DNA from: Methanomassiliicoccaceae archaeon
Lineage (GTDB): Archaea; Thermoplasmatota; Thermoplasmata; Methanomassiliicoccales; Methanomassiliicoccaceae
Assembly (NCBI GenBank): GCA_040776945.1
Contig: JAXGZN010000001.1
Location: forward strand, 736,001 to 800,000
DNA: 64,000 nt
Direction: 5' to 3'
Below are positions 49,603 to 60,188 of this stretch, one piece after another (the stretch's first letter is position 1; each line of letters begins with the position of its first letter). The translations under genes were made by a program, and so were the position numbers. The notes below the pieces were generated by a model. It saw only the letters and a list, made by a program, of their open reading frames with translations, did no database searches and was not told where the DNA came from.

Positions 49603-50460
49603 ATGGAGCTCGAGCGAGCGGTGGAGGACGCGGTGGTCGACATGCTCAGGGAGGCCGTGACCACCATACCGCCGGACGTCCAGGATGCGCTGCGCGCGGC
49701 CGAGAGGGCCGAGACCAGCGAGGTCGCCAGGACCCAGCTGGCGACCGTACTGCTCAATATGCGCGAGGCCGAGGAGCGCGGCATACCTCTGTGCCAGGAC
49801 ACGGGGGTGCCGGTGTTCTTCCTCACCGGCCGCATGTTCCCGGGCCTTGAGGAGAGCATCCGCCGTGGCCTGGCCCGCGCGACCGAGGAGATACCCCTGC
49901 GCCCCAATGCCGTTCACCCCCTCACCCGCAGGAACCCGGGCAACAACTTGGGCGAAGGCTCGCCCCGCATCGTGTACCGTCCAACGGACGACGGGTTCTT
50001 GGACGTGACCGTCATGCCCAAGGGCGCAGGGTCGGAGAACATGTCCGCCTTGGCCATGCTCACCCCGGCGCAGGGGCTCAGGGGCGTAAAGGAGTTCGTG
50101 CTCGAAACCGTCGCCCGCGCCGGCGGCAGGCCCTGCCCCCCGACCATCGTTGGCGTGGGCATTGGAGGCACCGCCGACCAGGCCGCTGAACTGGCCAAGG
50201 AATCTCTGCTCCGCCCTCTGGACGTCCCCAACGACGATGAGCAGCTTGACGCGCTTGAGGGCGAACTGGCGGAGGCGCTGAACTGCCTCGGCGTCGGACC
50301 CATGGGCCTCGGCGGCCGAACCACGGTGCTAGGGGTGCGGTGCGCCATGGCCTACTGCCATACGGCCTCGCTCCCGGTCGCGGTCAACCTGCAGTGCTGG
50401 GCCGCCCGCAGGGCGTCCAGGAGGATATTCGCGGACGGCCGGACGGAGAGGAGGCAATGA
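49603..50460 (+). CDS. Class I fumarate hydratase/tartrate dehydratase alpha subunit
   Basis: PLCQDTG, KGAGSEN, PCPP..VGVGIGG, CWAAR. Confidence 0.93.
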   Translation: MELERAVEDAVVDMLREAVTTIPPDVQDALRAAERAETSEVARTQLATVLLNMREAEERGIPLCQDTGVPVFFLTGRMFPGLEESIRRGLARATEEIPLRPNAVHPLTRRNPGNNLGEGSPRIVYRPTDDGFLDVTVMPKGAGSENMSALAMLTPAQGLRGVKEFVLETVARAGGRPCPPTIVGVGIGGTADQAAELAKESLLRPLDVPNDDEQLDALEGELAEALNCLGVGPMGLGGRTTVLGVRCAMAYCHTASLPVAVNLQCWAARRASRRIFADGRTERRQ

Positions 50461-51047
50461 ACCTGAGGACACCGCTCTCCGAAAGGACGGTCCGCTCTCT
50501 GCGTCTGGGCGAAGAGGTGGCGATCGACGGCAGGGTCCACATCGGCCGTGACGAGATGCACATCCGGGCCCTGGAGATGAGGGAGCAAGGAAAGGAGATG
50601 CCGTTCGACATGAACGGGGGGGCGCTCTACCATTGCGGCCCCATCGCCCGAAAGAGCGGCGGGGTCTGGGAGATCATCGCCGCTGGGCCGACCACCTCGG
50701 CGCGCATGAACTCGCTGGAGCCGCTGTTCATCCGGGAGTTCGGGGTGCGGGCCATCATAGGCAAGGGCGGCATGTCCGGACCTACGCTGGAGGCAATGCA
50801 GGAGTGCGGCTGCGTCTACCTCGCCTTTACCGGCGGCGCGGCGGTCCTGGCCGCCCGGAGCATCAAGAAGGTGGAGCGGGTGGAATGGCTGGACCTAGGG
50901 ATGCCGGAGGCGCTGTGGATCGTGGAGGCCAGGGGCCTGGGGCCGCTGGTGGTGGCCATGGACGCCCACGGGAACTCGCTGTATGATGAGGTCAGCGCCG
51001 GCGTGGAGGACAACCTGGCAAGGCTCAAGGGAAAGCTCGGCCGCTGA
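50457..51047 (+). CDS. Class I fumarate hydratase beta subunit
   Basis: GRD..H, HCGP, AGPTTS.RM, IGKGGM, MD.HGNS. Confidence 0.93.
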   Translation: MNLRTPLSERTVRSLRLGEEVAIDGRVHIGRDEMHIRALEMREQGKEMPFDMNGGALYHCGPIARKSGGVWEIIAAGPTTSARMNSLEPLFIREFGVRAIIGKGGMSGPTLEAMQECGCVYLAFTGGAAVLAARSIKKVERVEWLDLGMPEALWIVEARGLGPLVVAMDAHGNSLYDEVSAGVEDNLARLKGKLGR

Positions 51048-52061
51048 TCACTCCTTGCTCGGCGCCGGCTCCTCCTCCCTCGCCAGCAGGTCGGGGTTGC
51101 GCTTGATGCGCTGCCTCAGGAACAGAGACGCCATGGTCACCAGCAGCGCAAGCCCGAGGCCGACAACCATCATGGAGTGCGACAGGTCATAGTCGAGCAC
51201 GAACCCCGAATTTCCAGGCAAGGTGTTCCGTTTCATCGAGAAGTCCTGCACAATGCTCTTCAGCGGCTCTATGGTCAGGCCTTTGTCTGTGGTGACGAAC
51301 CCGTCCTTGCTGAGGCGAACGGTATATTCCCCAGGGGGGACATGGGAGAAGGTGTAGTTGCCCTTGCTGTCGGTGACGGTCACCAGCTCCGCACCTTCCT
51401 CTGGGGTCAGTACCACCTTCACCCCCTCCATCGGATCCCCGTTATAGGTGACCCGGCCACTGAGCTTGGCGTACTGGGCGATGATCTCGTCCAAGGTGAA
51501 TGGGACCTCCAATACAGTGCCCTTGTTCAAAGATATCAGCACTGGGCTCGATATGTTGTATCCTTCCTTGGTAGCGTAGATCACATACGAGCCTGGGGTG
51601 ACGTTCTCAAAGCGGTACTCGCTCAAAGGCTTGACAGTGTACGCGTAAGAGGTCACGTTAGCGCCGGCCAAGGTCACGGTCGCACCAATGATGGGACGAT
51701 TGCCGTCAGTAACATACCCCTTGACGGTGCCTAGGATCTCGTACATGAAGAAGTCGAGATCGTTGCCGGATGTGGTGACGTTCTCGTAGGTGATATTGGC
51801 CATGTACCCCGTATAGTTGGCCATTATCGAGTAGTTGCCAGCTGCGATCGAGCGGCTGTACCATCCGTTGCTATCGGTCGTAACGTTGTAGGTCGCTTGG
51901 CTCCCAGTGTTGCGGATGACGATGGTCACTCCCGGGAACGGGTCGCCATCGACGTCGGTGACCGTGCCGGACACCACGATCGTGCTGTCGGCCCGCACGC
52001 TGCCTGCGGCCAACGAAACGCCGATCAACAGGAACGCGATCGCCAAGGCGGGCCATCTCAT
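51048..52061 (-). CDS. Secreted, C-terminally anchored protein with three carboxypeptidase-regulatory-like (Cna-B) repeats
   Basis: Signal peptide, three 'G.VT...P..G..V....T...G.Y' repeats, C-terminal TM. Confidence 0.85.
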   Translation of the reverse strand: MRWPALAIAFLLIGVSLAAGSVRADSTIVVSGTVTDVDGDPFPGVTIVIRNTGSQATYNVTTDSNGWYSRSIAAGNYSIMANYTGYMANITYENVTTSGNDLDFFMYEILGTVKGYVTDGNRPIIGATVTLAGANVTSYAYTVKPLSEYRFENVTPGSYVIYATKEGYNISSPVLISLNKGTVLEVPFTLDEIIAQYAKLSGRVTYNGDPMEGVKVVLTPEEGAELVTVTDSKGNYTFSHVPPGEYTVRLSKDGFVTTDKGLTIEPLKSIVQDFSMKRNTLPGNSGFVLDYDLSHSMMVVGLGLALLVTMASLFLRQRIKRNPDLLAREEEPAPSKE

Positions 52062-52253
52062 GGAGGGAGCGAAAGGTCTCCTCGCTAATAATCGTTTTGA
52101 ACTGGATGCTCCAACCGGGAGGGCGCGCCACGCAAGCCATCTGGCCAGGGCGCGGCCGATAGATGCGCCCGGACCCTATTTTCGAACCTCTGCCCGAAAC
52201 CATATAATAGCGGTAGGGGGAATCGAGCGTGATTTCAAAGGGAGATCCACAGG

Positions 52254-55200
52254 ATGCACAAGGTATCAAGGCGATACAAGAAGGATGAGGTCATGGCCCT
52301 ACTGGACCCCCTCATCGCCAAGTGGTTCAGCGGGAAGTTCAAGGATTTCACCGAGCCCCAATCCTACGCCGTCCCCCTGATCCACGAGCGCCAGAGCGTG
52401 CTGGTGTCATCGCCCACCGGCTCAGGGAAGACCCTGACGGCGTTCACCTCGATCATCAACGAGCTGTTCAAGTACTCCAAGGAGGGGAGGCTGGAGGACC
52501 GCGTGTACGCGGTGTACATATCGCCCCTCAAGGCCCTGGCCAACGACATCAACCGCAATCTCGAGGAGCCGCTGCGCGAGATGAGGGAGGTCGCCGACCG
52601 CGAGGGGGAGGCGTTCCCTGAGATCCGCGTGGGAGTGCGCACCGGCGACACCTCGCAGGCCGAAAGGCAGAGGATGCTGAGAAAGCCGCCGCACATCCTG
52701 ATCACCACGCCCGAGTCCCTCGCGCTGGTTCTGGCGGCCCCCAAGTTCCGGGAGAAGCTGTCCCAGGTTGAGTATGTCATCCTGGACGAGATCCACGAGG
52801 TGTGCGACTCCAAGCGCGGAGTGCTGTTGTCCCTCACGCTGGAGCGGCTGCAGGAGATGTGCTCCAGACAGTTCGTGCGCGTCGGCCTGTCCGCCACCCT
52901 GGCGCCGATCCAGGACGTGGCGGAGTATCTGGTCGGATACGAGGGCGGGAAGGCCAGGGACGTCAACGTGGTGGAGATCATGCGGCAGCGGGACCTGGAC
53001 ATAAGGGTGGAGTGCCCCACCGAAGACATGACCGTTCTCCCCTACGAGATCGTGAACTCCAAGATGTACGACCAGCTCTTCGAGATGATCCAGGAGCACC
53101 GCACCACCATCGTGTTCACCAACACCCGGTCGGGCACGGAGCACGTGGTGTACAAGCTGAAGGAGCGGGGCCTGGAGGGCATCGAGGCCCACCACGGATC
53201 GCTGGCCAAGGACATCCGGCTGGACGTGGAGGAGCGGCTGAAGAAGGGCGAGCTGAAGTGCGTGGTGTCGTCCACCTCTCTGGAGCTCGGCATCGACATC
53301 GGCTTCGTAGACCTGGTGGTGCAGATCGGCTCCCCCAAGTCGGTGGCCAAGGGCCTGCAGCGAATAGGGCGCAGCGGGCACGGCCACGGGCTGACGTCCA
53401 AGGGCCGCATGCTGGTGTTCGAGAAGGACGACCTGGTGGAGTGCGCGGTGCTGTGCCGGGCGGCGCACAAGAAGCACATCGACCGGGTGTCCATATCCGA
53501 GGACTGCCTGGATGTGCTGTCGCAGAGCCTGGTGGGCATGTCCCTGGAGCAGCGTTGGGACGTCCAGCACGCCCTGGAGGTCGTCCGCCGCTCCTACTGC
53601 TTCCGCAACCTCAAGCAGGAGAAGTTCATAGAGGTGCTGAGGTACCTGGGCTCCAAGGACGCCTTCGAGGGCGTCTATCCCAAGCTGTGGTACGACGAGG
53701 AGGAGGGGCGCTTCGGCCGCCGGGCCGGCTCGCGGATGATCTATTTCCTCAACCTCGGGACGATACCGGAGGAGGCGAACTACAAGGTGTTCACCGAGAA
53801 GGGGGGGCTCATCGGCGACCTCACCGAGAAGTTCGTGGAGCGACTGTCGCCCCGGGACGTGTTCGTCCTCGGCGGGAAGTCGTACGAGTACGTGAGGACG
53901 AAGGGGATGAAGGCCTTCGTCCGGGAGGCCGCCGGCCGCAAGCCGACGGTGCCCACGTGGAGCGGCGAGATGCTTCCCCGCTCCTTCGACCTGTCGATGA
54001 ACATCGCCACCTTCCGCCGGGAGCTGATGGAGAGGCTCGACCAGAGGGACGACGACATCATCGCCTGGCTGTGCTCGTTCGGCATCGACCGCGGATCGGC
54101 CCGCTCCATCCTCTCGTACTTCCGGGAGCAGAAGGCGGCCTGCGACTTCATACCCAACGACCTCGAGCTGGCCATCGAGGGATACATCGACATGAGCGGG
54201 AACCACAACGTCATCTTCCACTTCCCGTTCGGGCGTCGGGTGAACGACGCCCTCTCGCGGGCGTACGCGTTCATGATGACCCAGCAGCTCGGCAGCAACG
54301 TCTCGGTGTCGGTGACCGACGACACCTTCATGGTATCGTCCCCGAAGCGCATCGAGATCAAGGGGCTGGAACGCATCCTGGGCTCGGCCCAGCTCGAGGA
54401 TGTGCTGATGCGGGCGGTCAAGGACTCGGAGCTGTTCAAGCAGCGGTTCCGCCACACCGCCTCCCGCAGCTTCATGATCCTCCGCAACTACAAGGGCCGT
54501 GAGGTGTCGGTCGGCCGGCAGCAGGTCCGCTCCACATACCTGCTCGAGGCGCTGGAGAACATGGAGGGGGTGCCGGTCATCGACGAGACGTACCGCGAGA
54601 TCATGGAGGACGTCATGGACATCAAGAACGCCCAGGCGGTCCTGAGGTCCATCGAGAGCGGCGATGTGAAGGTCCGGGCCATCGAGTACACCTCGACGCC
54701 CTCGCCGTTCGCGCACAACGCCATCCTTGCAGGCATATCGGACATGGTGCTGATGGAGGACCGCGGGGCGCTGCTGCGCGAGCTCCACCGCCGCGTCCTC
54801 TCCAAGGTCATGGGGTCCGACCTCTCGGAGTTCGAGTTCACCGAGGAGCAGGTGCTTCCGTACTTCAGGCAGCGCATCGGCTTCGTCAATTCCAAGGACG
54901 ATCTCCTGGCCCTCATCCGCCGGGCCGGGCCGATAAGGGTGCTGAAGGAGAAGGGGAGGAGCGTGTACCCTTACACCATTTCCTCCCGCGAGGCGGTGGA
55001 CGTGTGGTCGTCGGAACTCATCCAAGATGGCGCCATATCGTCTGTGTACATCGACGACGCGTACTTCGTCGCGTCCGAGGACCTCCCGGCATACTGCTCG
55101 GTATTGTCCCGAGAACGTTCCCTGGGCGAGCTGGAGCAGCGGGTGCTCGGCGAGATCGCCGAGGCAAGAACGCCCCAGGAGCTAGCGGGGGCCCTGGATG

Positions 55201-57635
55201 CGCCGGGCGACAAGGTCCACCAGGCGCTGAGGAAATTGGAGGCCACCGGTTCGGTGGGCCGGGTGGGCCGACGCGACGGCAAATGGCTGTACCGCGTCCG
55301 GGAGGTGCCGGCCATGCCTAGGCAGGACGCCATGGACGAGGTGCTGGTCAGATATCTGGAATGCTACGCCCCGGCCACTGCGGAGGAGGCCGCCTTCGTC
55401 TTCGGCCTGGACGCCGATGAGGTCCGCCGGACGCTGGACGATCTGGCCCAGGAAGGCCTGGTGACCAGAGGACGCTACCTGATATCGGAGCACGAGCAGT
55501 ACATGCTCAAGCGTGACTACCTGCGCCTGAAGACCAACGACCTCAACGCCTACGACCACCGGACGGTCGAGGCGTACCGCCGCTCCAAGCTCGACCGGAC
55601 GTTCGTCTCGGTGGATGAGCTGTTCGAGAACTTCGGGGACATCGGCATGCCCCTGGACGCCTTCTACAGGGTCGAAGGTTTCAAGCTATCGGATTGGGAG
55701 GAGATGCGCCGGGACGGCAGGCTGCTCCTGGGCCGGTTCGTCAGGGGCCGTGTCCGATATGTCCGGGCCAAGGACGCCCCGGCCTACGTGGCGGCGTACC
55801 GCAACGGCCCCCTGCGCCCGCTGGACCATGCCGTCCTGGACGTGGTCCGGTCCAGCGGCGACGGCATGTCCATGAGACAGGTCGTTGCTGCCATGCCGGG
55901 CCGCACCAGGGACGAGGTCAAGGAGAGCATCGACCGCCTGGACCGCAGCATGATGGTGGTCCGACGCTTCGAGGAGCGCGAGGAGTGGTCATCGGAGAAC
56001 TACTACCTAGCATATGACGCGCCCGAACATCAGGGGGATGCAAGGAGGGAGATAGTGGAGCGCCTGGTCCGTGCCTATGGACCGGTATCCATCTACAACA
56101 TCACCAGCGCCACCCAGTTCCCCATCGCCCAGGTCGCCGGGATGTTGGAGGACATGGACGTGGAGACGATCACGGTGGGCGAGTCAAGGGAGGAGATGTA
56201 CATCTTCCGGGACGAGCTGGAAGCGCTGAACGGCGCGCCGCGGACCGAGCAGGGCTTGCGCATCGTTTCCCTTCACGACCCTGGCGTGCAGTCGATGTGG
56301 GCGGCCATCGCGGCCCGCTACGGCGACAGGTGGATATTCCCCATAGTGGCCGGCGGCCGCCTGGTGGGCGGAGCGGAGAAGTGGAACATGAGCGGATGCA
56401 TCGAGGTCCGCGAGCTGGACCTTGAGGACCCTGCACTGCTCCCGCAGGCGCTGGATGCGCTGGACCGGTTCATGGACCACTATGCGATGATGGGCTATGA
56501 CATCGTGCGGCTTCGCGAGGTGCTTGGCTCGACGCCGGGGGACCTTCCGGAGGAGCAGGCCGCAGTGCTCGAGGCCAAAGGGTACACGCGCATGGGCGAC
56601 ATGCTCGTCAAGGGCAACATGGTGCTGGACCACCATCCCTGGGAGGACGTGATGTCGTACGTGCTGTGGAAGCAGCGCATCGATCCGAAGAGGCGGTTCC
56701 CCAACGTCGTGGAGGCGGTCAAGACCACCGGGGGGCTGCGTTCCGACGCGGCCGCGGCCCTGAGGTGCAAGAACCGCATCCCCCTGAAGAAGATGTACGA
56801 GATGGGATTCCTGATCAAGGCCCAGCCGATACCGGACTATGTGACCTATTGCAGCCTGGAGCATGCCTCGCTGTGTCGGCGGGCCAAGGACCGTCACGTC
56901 ACCGAGGACATGCGGTCGGTGCTGAGGGCGATCGAGGACGGCCGCCCCGTGTCCCGCAACCAGCTGCTTGACCGTTCGGTCCTGGGGCGGAAGGCGACGC
57001 AGGAGGCGCTCAAGGACCTGATGGAGGCGACGATCGTGTACACGGACCAGAACAAGCGCCTTCGCCTGGTGCCGGAGATCGAGATGTCCCCCCGCGAAGC
57101 CAGGCTTGAGATCGTCCGCCACTGCTTCCGCAATTTCGGAACGTTCACCGCGGAGAACCTCTCCCGGTACATGCGCGGGGAGATGCCGATGAAGGAGCTC
57201 AGGAGCACGCTGGCCGAACTGGAGCGGGAAGGGTTCCTGGCCAAGGGCTTCCTGGTGGACGGGGACGAGAGCGTGCACTGGGTGCTCCGGGAGGACCTCG
57301 AGCGCATCGGGAAGGTCCGCTCGTCGGAACAGTTCGTCCTGGGTACGGAGGACGCGTTGCACAACTATCTGGCGGAATGGATCCGGCAACGCCTGGGCGG
57401 AAGCTACTTCTCGCTGATCATGGACGGCCCCCGAACGATAGGCTCCTTCCGAGGGCGGGTCAAGGCATCGGACATCGTGCTGCACGACCTCATCGGCGGG
57501 CCGGAGGCCCGCGCGATCGTCAACAGGCACGTGCGCGCACTCGGCCTGACCATTAGGGTGGATGACGACGCCGACACGATCCCGGACTGGGAGATACAGG
57601 ACTTCTACGAGAAGACCCACCCCGGGGAGGTCTGA
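52254..57635 (+). CDS. lhr: Large Lhr-family SF2 helicase with extended C-terminal domain
   Basis: SPTGSGKT, SPLKAL.ND, DEIH, SAT, HHGSL, LELGID.G, QRIGRSGH, GTIP; about 900-aa extension. Confidence 0.93.
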   Translation: MHKVSRRYKKDEVMALLDPLIAKWFSGKFKDFTEPQSYAVPLIHERQSVLVSSPTGSGKTLTAFTSIINELFKYSKEGRLEDRVYAVYISPLKALANDINRNLEEPLREMREVADREGEAFPEIRVGVRTGDTSQAERQRMLRKPPHILITTPESLALVLAAPKFREKLSQVEYVILDEIHEVCDSKRGVLLSLTLERLQEMCSRQFVRVGLSATLAPIQDVAEYLVGYEGGKARDVNVVEIMRQRDLDIRVECPTEDMTVLPYEIVNSKMYDQLFEMIQEHRTTIVFTNTRSGTEHVVYKLKERGLEGIEAHHGSLAKDIRLDVEERLKKGELKCVVSSTSLELGIDIGFVDLVVQIGSPKSVAKGLQRIGRSGHGHGLTSKGRMLVFEKDDLVECAVLCRAAHKKHIDRVSISEDCLDVLSQSLVGMSLEQRWDVQHALEVVRRSYCFRNLKQEKFIEVLRYLGSKDAFEGVYPKLWYDEEEGRFGRRAGSRMIYFLNLGTIPEEANYKVFTEKGGLIGDLTEKFVERLSPRDVFVLGGKSYEYVRTKGMKAFVREAAGRKPTVPTWSGEMLPRSFDLSMNIATFRRELMERLDQRDDDIIAWLCSFGIDRGSARSILSYFREQKAACDFIPNDLELAIEGYIDMSGNHNVIFHFPFGRRVNDALSRAYAFMMTQQLGSNVSVSVTDDTFMVSSPKRIEIKGLERILGSAQLEDVLMRAVKDSELFKQRFRHTASRSFMILRNYKGREVSVGRQQVRSTYLLEALENMEGVPVIDETYREIMEDVMDIKNAQAVLRSIESGDVKVRAIEYTSTPSPFAHNAILAGISDMVLMEDRGALLRELHRRVLSKVMGSDLSEFEFTEEQVLPYFRQRIGFVNSKDDLLALIRRAGPIRVLKEKGRSVYPYTISSREAVDVWSSELIQDGAISSVYIDDAYFVASEDLPAYCSVLSRERSLGELEQRVLGEIAEARTPQELAGALDAPGDKVHQALRKLEATGSVGRVGRRDGKWLYRVREVPAMPRQDAMDEVLVRYLECYAPATAEEAAFVFGLDADEVRRTLDDLAQEGLVTRGRYLISEHEQYMLKRDYLRLKTNDLNAYDHRTVEAYRRSKLDRTFVSVDELFENFGDIGMPLDAFYRVEGFKLSDWEEMRRDGRLLLGRFVRGRVRYVRAKDAPAYVAAYRNGPLRPLDHAVLDVVRSSGDGMSMRQVVAAMPGRTRDEVKESIDRLDRSMMVVRRFEEREEWSSENYYLAYDAPEHQGDARREIVERLVRAYGPVSIYNITSATQFPIAQVAGMLEDMDVETITVGESREEMYIFRDELEALNGAPRTEQGLRIVSLHDPGVQSMWAAIAARYGDRWIFPIVAGGRLVGGAEKWNMSGCIEVRELDLEDPALLPQALDALDRFMDHYAMMGYDIVRLREVLGSTPGDLPEEQAAVLEAKGYTRMGDMLVKGNMVLDHHPWEDVMSYVLWKQRIDPKRRFPNVVEAVKTTGGLRSDAAAALRCKNRIPLKKMYEMGFLIKAQPIPDYVTYCSLEHASLCRRAKDRHVTEDMRSVLRAIEDGRPVSRNQLLDRSVLGRKATQEALKDLMEATIVYTDQNKRLRLVPEIEMSPREARLEIVRHCFRNFGTFTAENLSRYMRGEMPMKELRSTLAELEREGFLAKGFLVDGDESVHWVLREDLERIGKVRSSEQFVLGTEDALHNYLAEWIRQRLGGSYFSLIMDGPRTIGSFRGRVKASDIVLHDLIGGPEARAIVNRHVRALGLTIRVDDDADTIPDWEIQDFYEKTHPGEV

Positions 57636-57680
57636 TGATCGGAGAAGTTTCGGCAAGCTTATTTTCGGTGAACTGCCCCG

Positions 57681-58865
57681 TTAGGACAGGACCTCTCGCT
57701 TCATCCATTGGACGTGCACCTCTTTGCCAAGGGGCATAGCGGTCCGGCGTCCACAAGCGGGTTCAAGGTAGTTCCTGCCCCGCCCTCTTCGATCCTCGTT
57801 GAAGGATATCGATCGAAGTTTATGATCACGTGACCTTGACAGCCCGCACCGCGGGCAGTCGTGCCATCTGTCGTTTAGCGTTTTAAGAACGCACTCACCG
57901 CAGCGCGAACATTCCTGTCTCGTTCCTCTGGCGTCCACTTGAACGAACAGCTTACCAGCCCTTTCAGCCTTGCAAGCCAGTTCATGGTCGAACGAGTTCC
58001 ATGCGGCATCACCAATGCCTCGTGCCTGGTGACCGTTCTCTATCATATCCCTGATGTCAAGCTTCTCGGTGACGATGAGGTCGCAGCTGTCGACGTAACG
58101 GTGAGATAGCTTATGCTGGAAGTTATCTCTCCGATCGCATACTCGTTCGTGCGTTCTGGCGACGGCAATCCGTTGCCAGTTCCAGTTCTGGGAACCTTTC
58201 TGTTTTCTGGAGAGGCGGCGCTGTTCTTTACGCAACTTCTTGAGCGCCTTCTTAAGATTTCACCGGTTCTCAACCTAGATGCCGTCGCTGTCGACCGGGC
58301 AATGCTCGAGGCCAACGTCGATGCCCATGGTTTTTTCAATAACCATCGACTCTCTCAGGCCTCGACCATCGTCGATAAACAGAAAAGCGAACCACTTGCC
58401 TGAGGGCATTTGCTCGATAATGACGCCCTTGACGTCTCCCCCGGCGGCTGTACGCATCCGCATAGGGATGCCGCCTATCTTCGAAAGAGGAAGTGAGCAG
58501 AACCTGTCGTTCTTCGGTTCGAGCCATTTGTCCGTCCGATCGCATGTGAGGGTCTTGAAGCGGGTCTCGCTATTGAAGCGCAGCTTGCCGATCTTGCGGC
58601 CGCGTTCCTTCAGCTCTCGAAGCGCCGTCAGGTTCGAGAATGGACGATGCAGCTCGTACTGGAGCACCTTCGAGTGCACTCCTCGGAGATCGTCGCCCGC
58701 ACTCTTCCACACCGGCGGCAGAGCCTGCAGCTTGAACCGGTCGTGCTCGCCTTCGTTGGACAATTCAAGGAAGCGGTTGTAGACGCGCCTGCACACCTCC
58801 TTGGTCCGAAGAAGCTTCAGCTCTTCCTCCTTGTTCGGATAGAGGCGGAACCTGCAGGCGAGCAT
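57681..58865 (-). pseudogene. tnpB: IS200/IS605-family TnpB, inactivated
   Basis: FRLYP, GIDVGL, E.L.I..M, CSRCG/CPRCG, RD; in-frame TAG (58275) and TGA (about 58260) plus a 1-nt deletion near 57820. Confidence 0.88.
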
Positions 58866-59008
58866 CGAGGATCTGGAGAGATCCCATTTTAAAACGCCTT
58901 GAGAGGGGTAGGTGGCCGAAAGCGCGTCCGTGCTTCTTTCGTCAACCGTTCGCGCTGGACGCCCTCTCGCTCGCACCTATTAAATATCGTTTAACCGTTT
59001 TCCAGTCG

Positions 59009-59389
59009 ATGAAGATCCCCTGTGAGCTCATCGTGTGGTATGTGCTCCCGTCGATCAGGCGGGAGCTCGCCAGGGAGCTCGTGGAGAAGCACAAGCTCAC
59101 CCAGGCCGAGGTCGCCCGCCGCTTCGGGGTCACCGACGCGGCGATATCCCAGTACCTGAAGTCCAAGCGGGGCACCAACAAGGAGCTGGAGAACAGCGGC
59201 CGGTATGAGGAGTTCAAGGCCGAGGTGGGAAGGGCCGCGCAGCGCATAATTGACGGCTCGGACATCGTCACCGAGACCTGCCGGGTGTGCGATATGGTAA
59301 AGCGCAGTGGCATGTTGGTCAAGGTCTACGAGACACACACCGGGGTCAAGGCGCCGGCGTGCGTGTGCCCGGACTGCACGCACTTCTAG
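59009..59389 (+). CDS. Cro/XRE HTH transcriptional regulator with Cys-rich tail
   Basis: PCE......LP.IR, TQ.EVA..FG.T.AAISQY...KRG. Confidence 0.9.
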   Translation: MKIPCELIVWYVLPSIRRELARELVEKHKLTQAEVARRFGVTDAAISQYLKSKRGTNKELENSGRYEEFKAEVGRAAQRIIDGSDIVTETCRVCDMVKRSGMLVKVYETHTGVKAPACVCPDCTHF

Positions 59390-60188
59390 GGACCTTCCTC
59401 GCCCGGTCCTCGGAAATGTAGAGGTACTCCTGAGCGTAGCCTGCGTACCGTCCGAAGTGCCGGCGGGCATGCTCGCTCACCTTCCTGTAACTACCTTCGA
59501 CGCCGTAGCGTTCCCGCATGGCCCTGGCGATGCGCACGTCCACCGGGCATGCCTGCAGGTGGTCCAGGGAGAACAGGGCGATGCAGTCGGCGACCTTGTC
59601 CCCGATGCCGCGCACCGTCTTCAGGTACCTTACGGCGCTCTCGTAATCTAGCGCCCTAAGCCTCTCCAGGTCGAACTCCCCGTCCCGGACCGACCGAGCG
59701 TAGCATCGAAGCCAGTCGGCGCGGTATCCCAGGCGGCAGGAGGCGATGTCCCCGCCCTCCGCCAGCTCCTCAGGGGTGGGGAAGGCGTGACGCCCGTTCC
59801 TCAGCCGCGCCCCGTGGGTGCGGCAGACCGACTCGATCATCATCTTGATCCTGGGGACATTGGCGTACGATGCCAGGAGGTATGACGCGGAGCACTCCCA
59901 GACATCCTGGCGGATAAGGCGCATCCCGCGGAAGCGGTCGATGACCGAGGCTATGCACTCGTCCCGGGAGACCTCATCGTATATCGTCTCCAGGTCATCG
60001 TCCAGGCGAAAGTACTGTCGGAGGAAGCCCTCATCCGCGTCCCCCCTGGTGATGAGCTCGTCGCCTTCTTGGCGCAGGCGGATGGAGCGGTCGCCGACCA
60101 CACCCTCCCACCAACCCGACCTCAAGGTCCATCGGAACACCTGGCCGCTGTCCAGGGTGTATCCCAGGTGGAACAGCGGGACCTTCAT
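59346..60188 (-). CDS. ogg1: 8-oxoguanine DNA glycosylase (Ogg1-type, HhH-GPD)
   Basis: TL.SGQ.FRW, LGYRA, GIG.KVADC..LF, PVDV. Confidence 0.9.
   Translation of the reverse strand: MKVPLFHLGYTLDSGQVFRWTLRSGWWEGVVGDRSIRLRQEGDELITRGDADEGFLRQYFRLDDDLETIYDEVSRDECIASVIDRFRGMRLIRQDVWECSASYLLASYANVPRIKMMIESVCRTHGARLRNGRHAFPTPEELAEGGDIASCRLGYRADWLRCYARSVRDGEFDLERLRALDYESAVRYLKTVRGIGDKVADCIALFSLDHLQACPVDVRIARAMRERYGVEGSYRKVSEHARRHFGRYAGYAQEYLYISEDRARKVPRSACSPGTRTPAP

Noticed and set aside
52422-55025. 867-aa antisense ORF and other long shadow ORFs (2810-4198, 6411-7640, 27661-29187, 43890-45305, 56184-57656)
   Set aside because: They lie opposite well-supported genes, have no motifs, and are expected from high GC3 codon bias.
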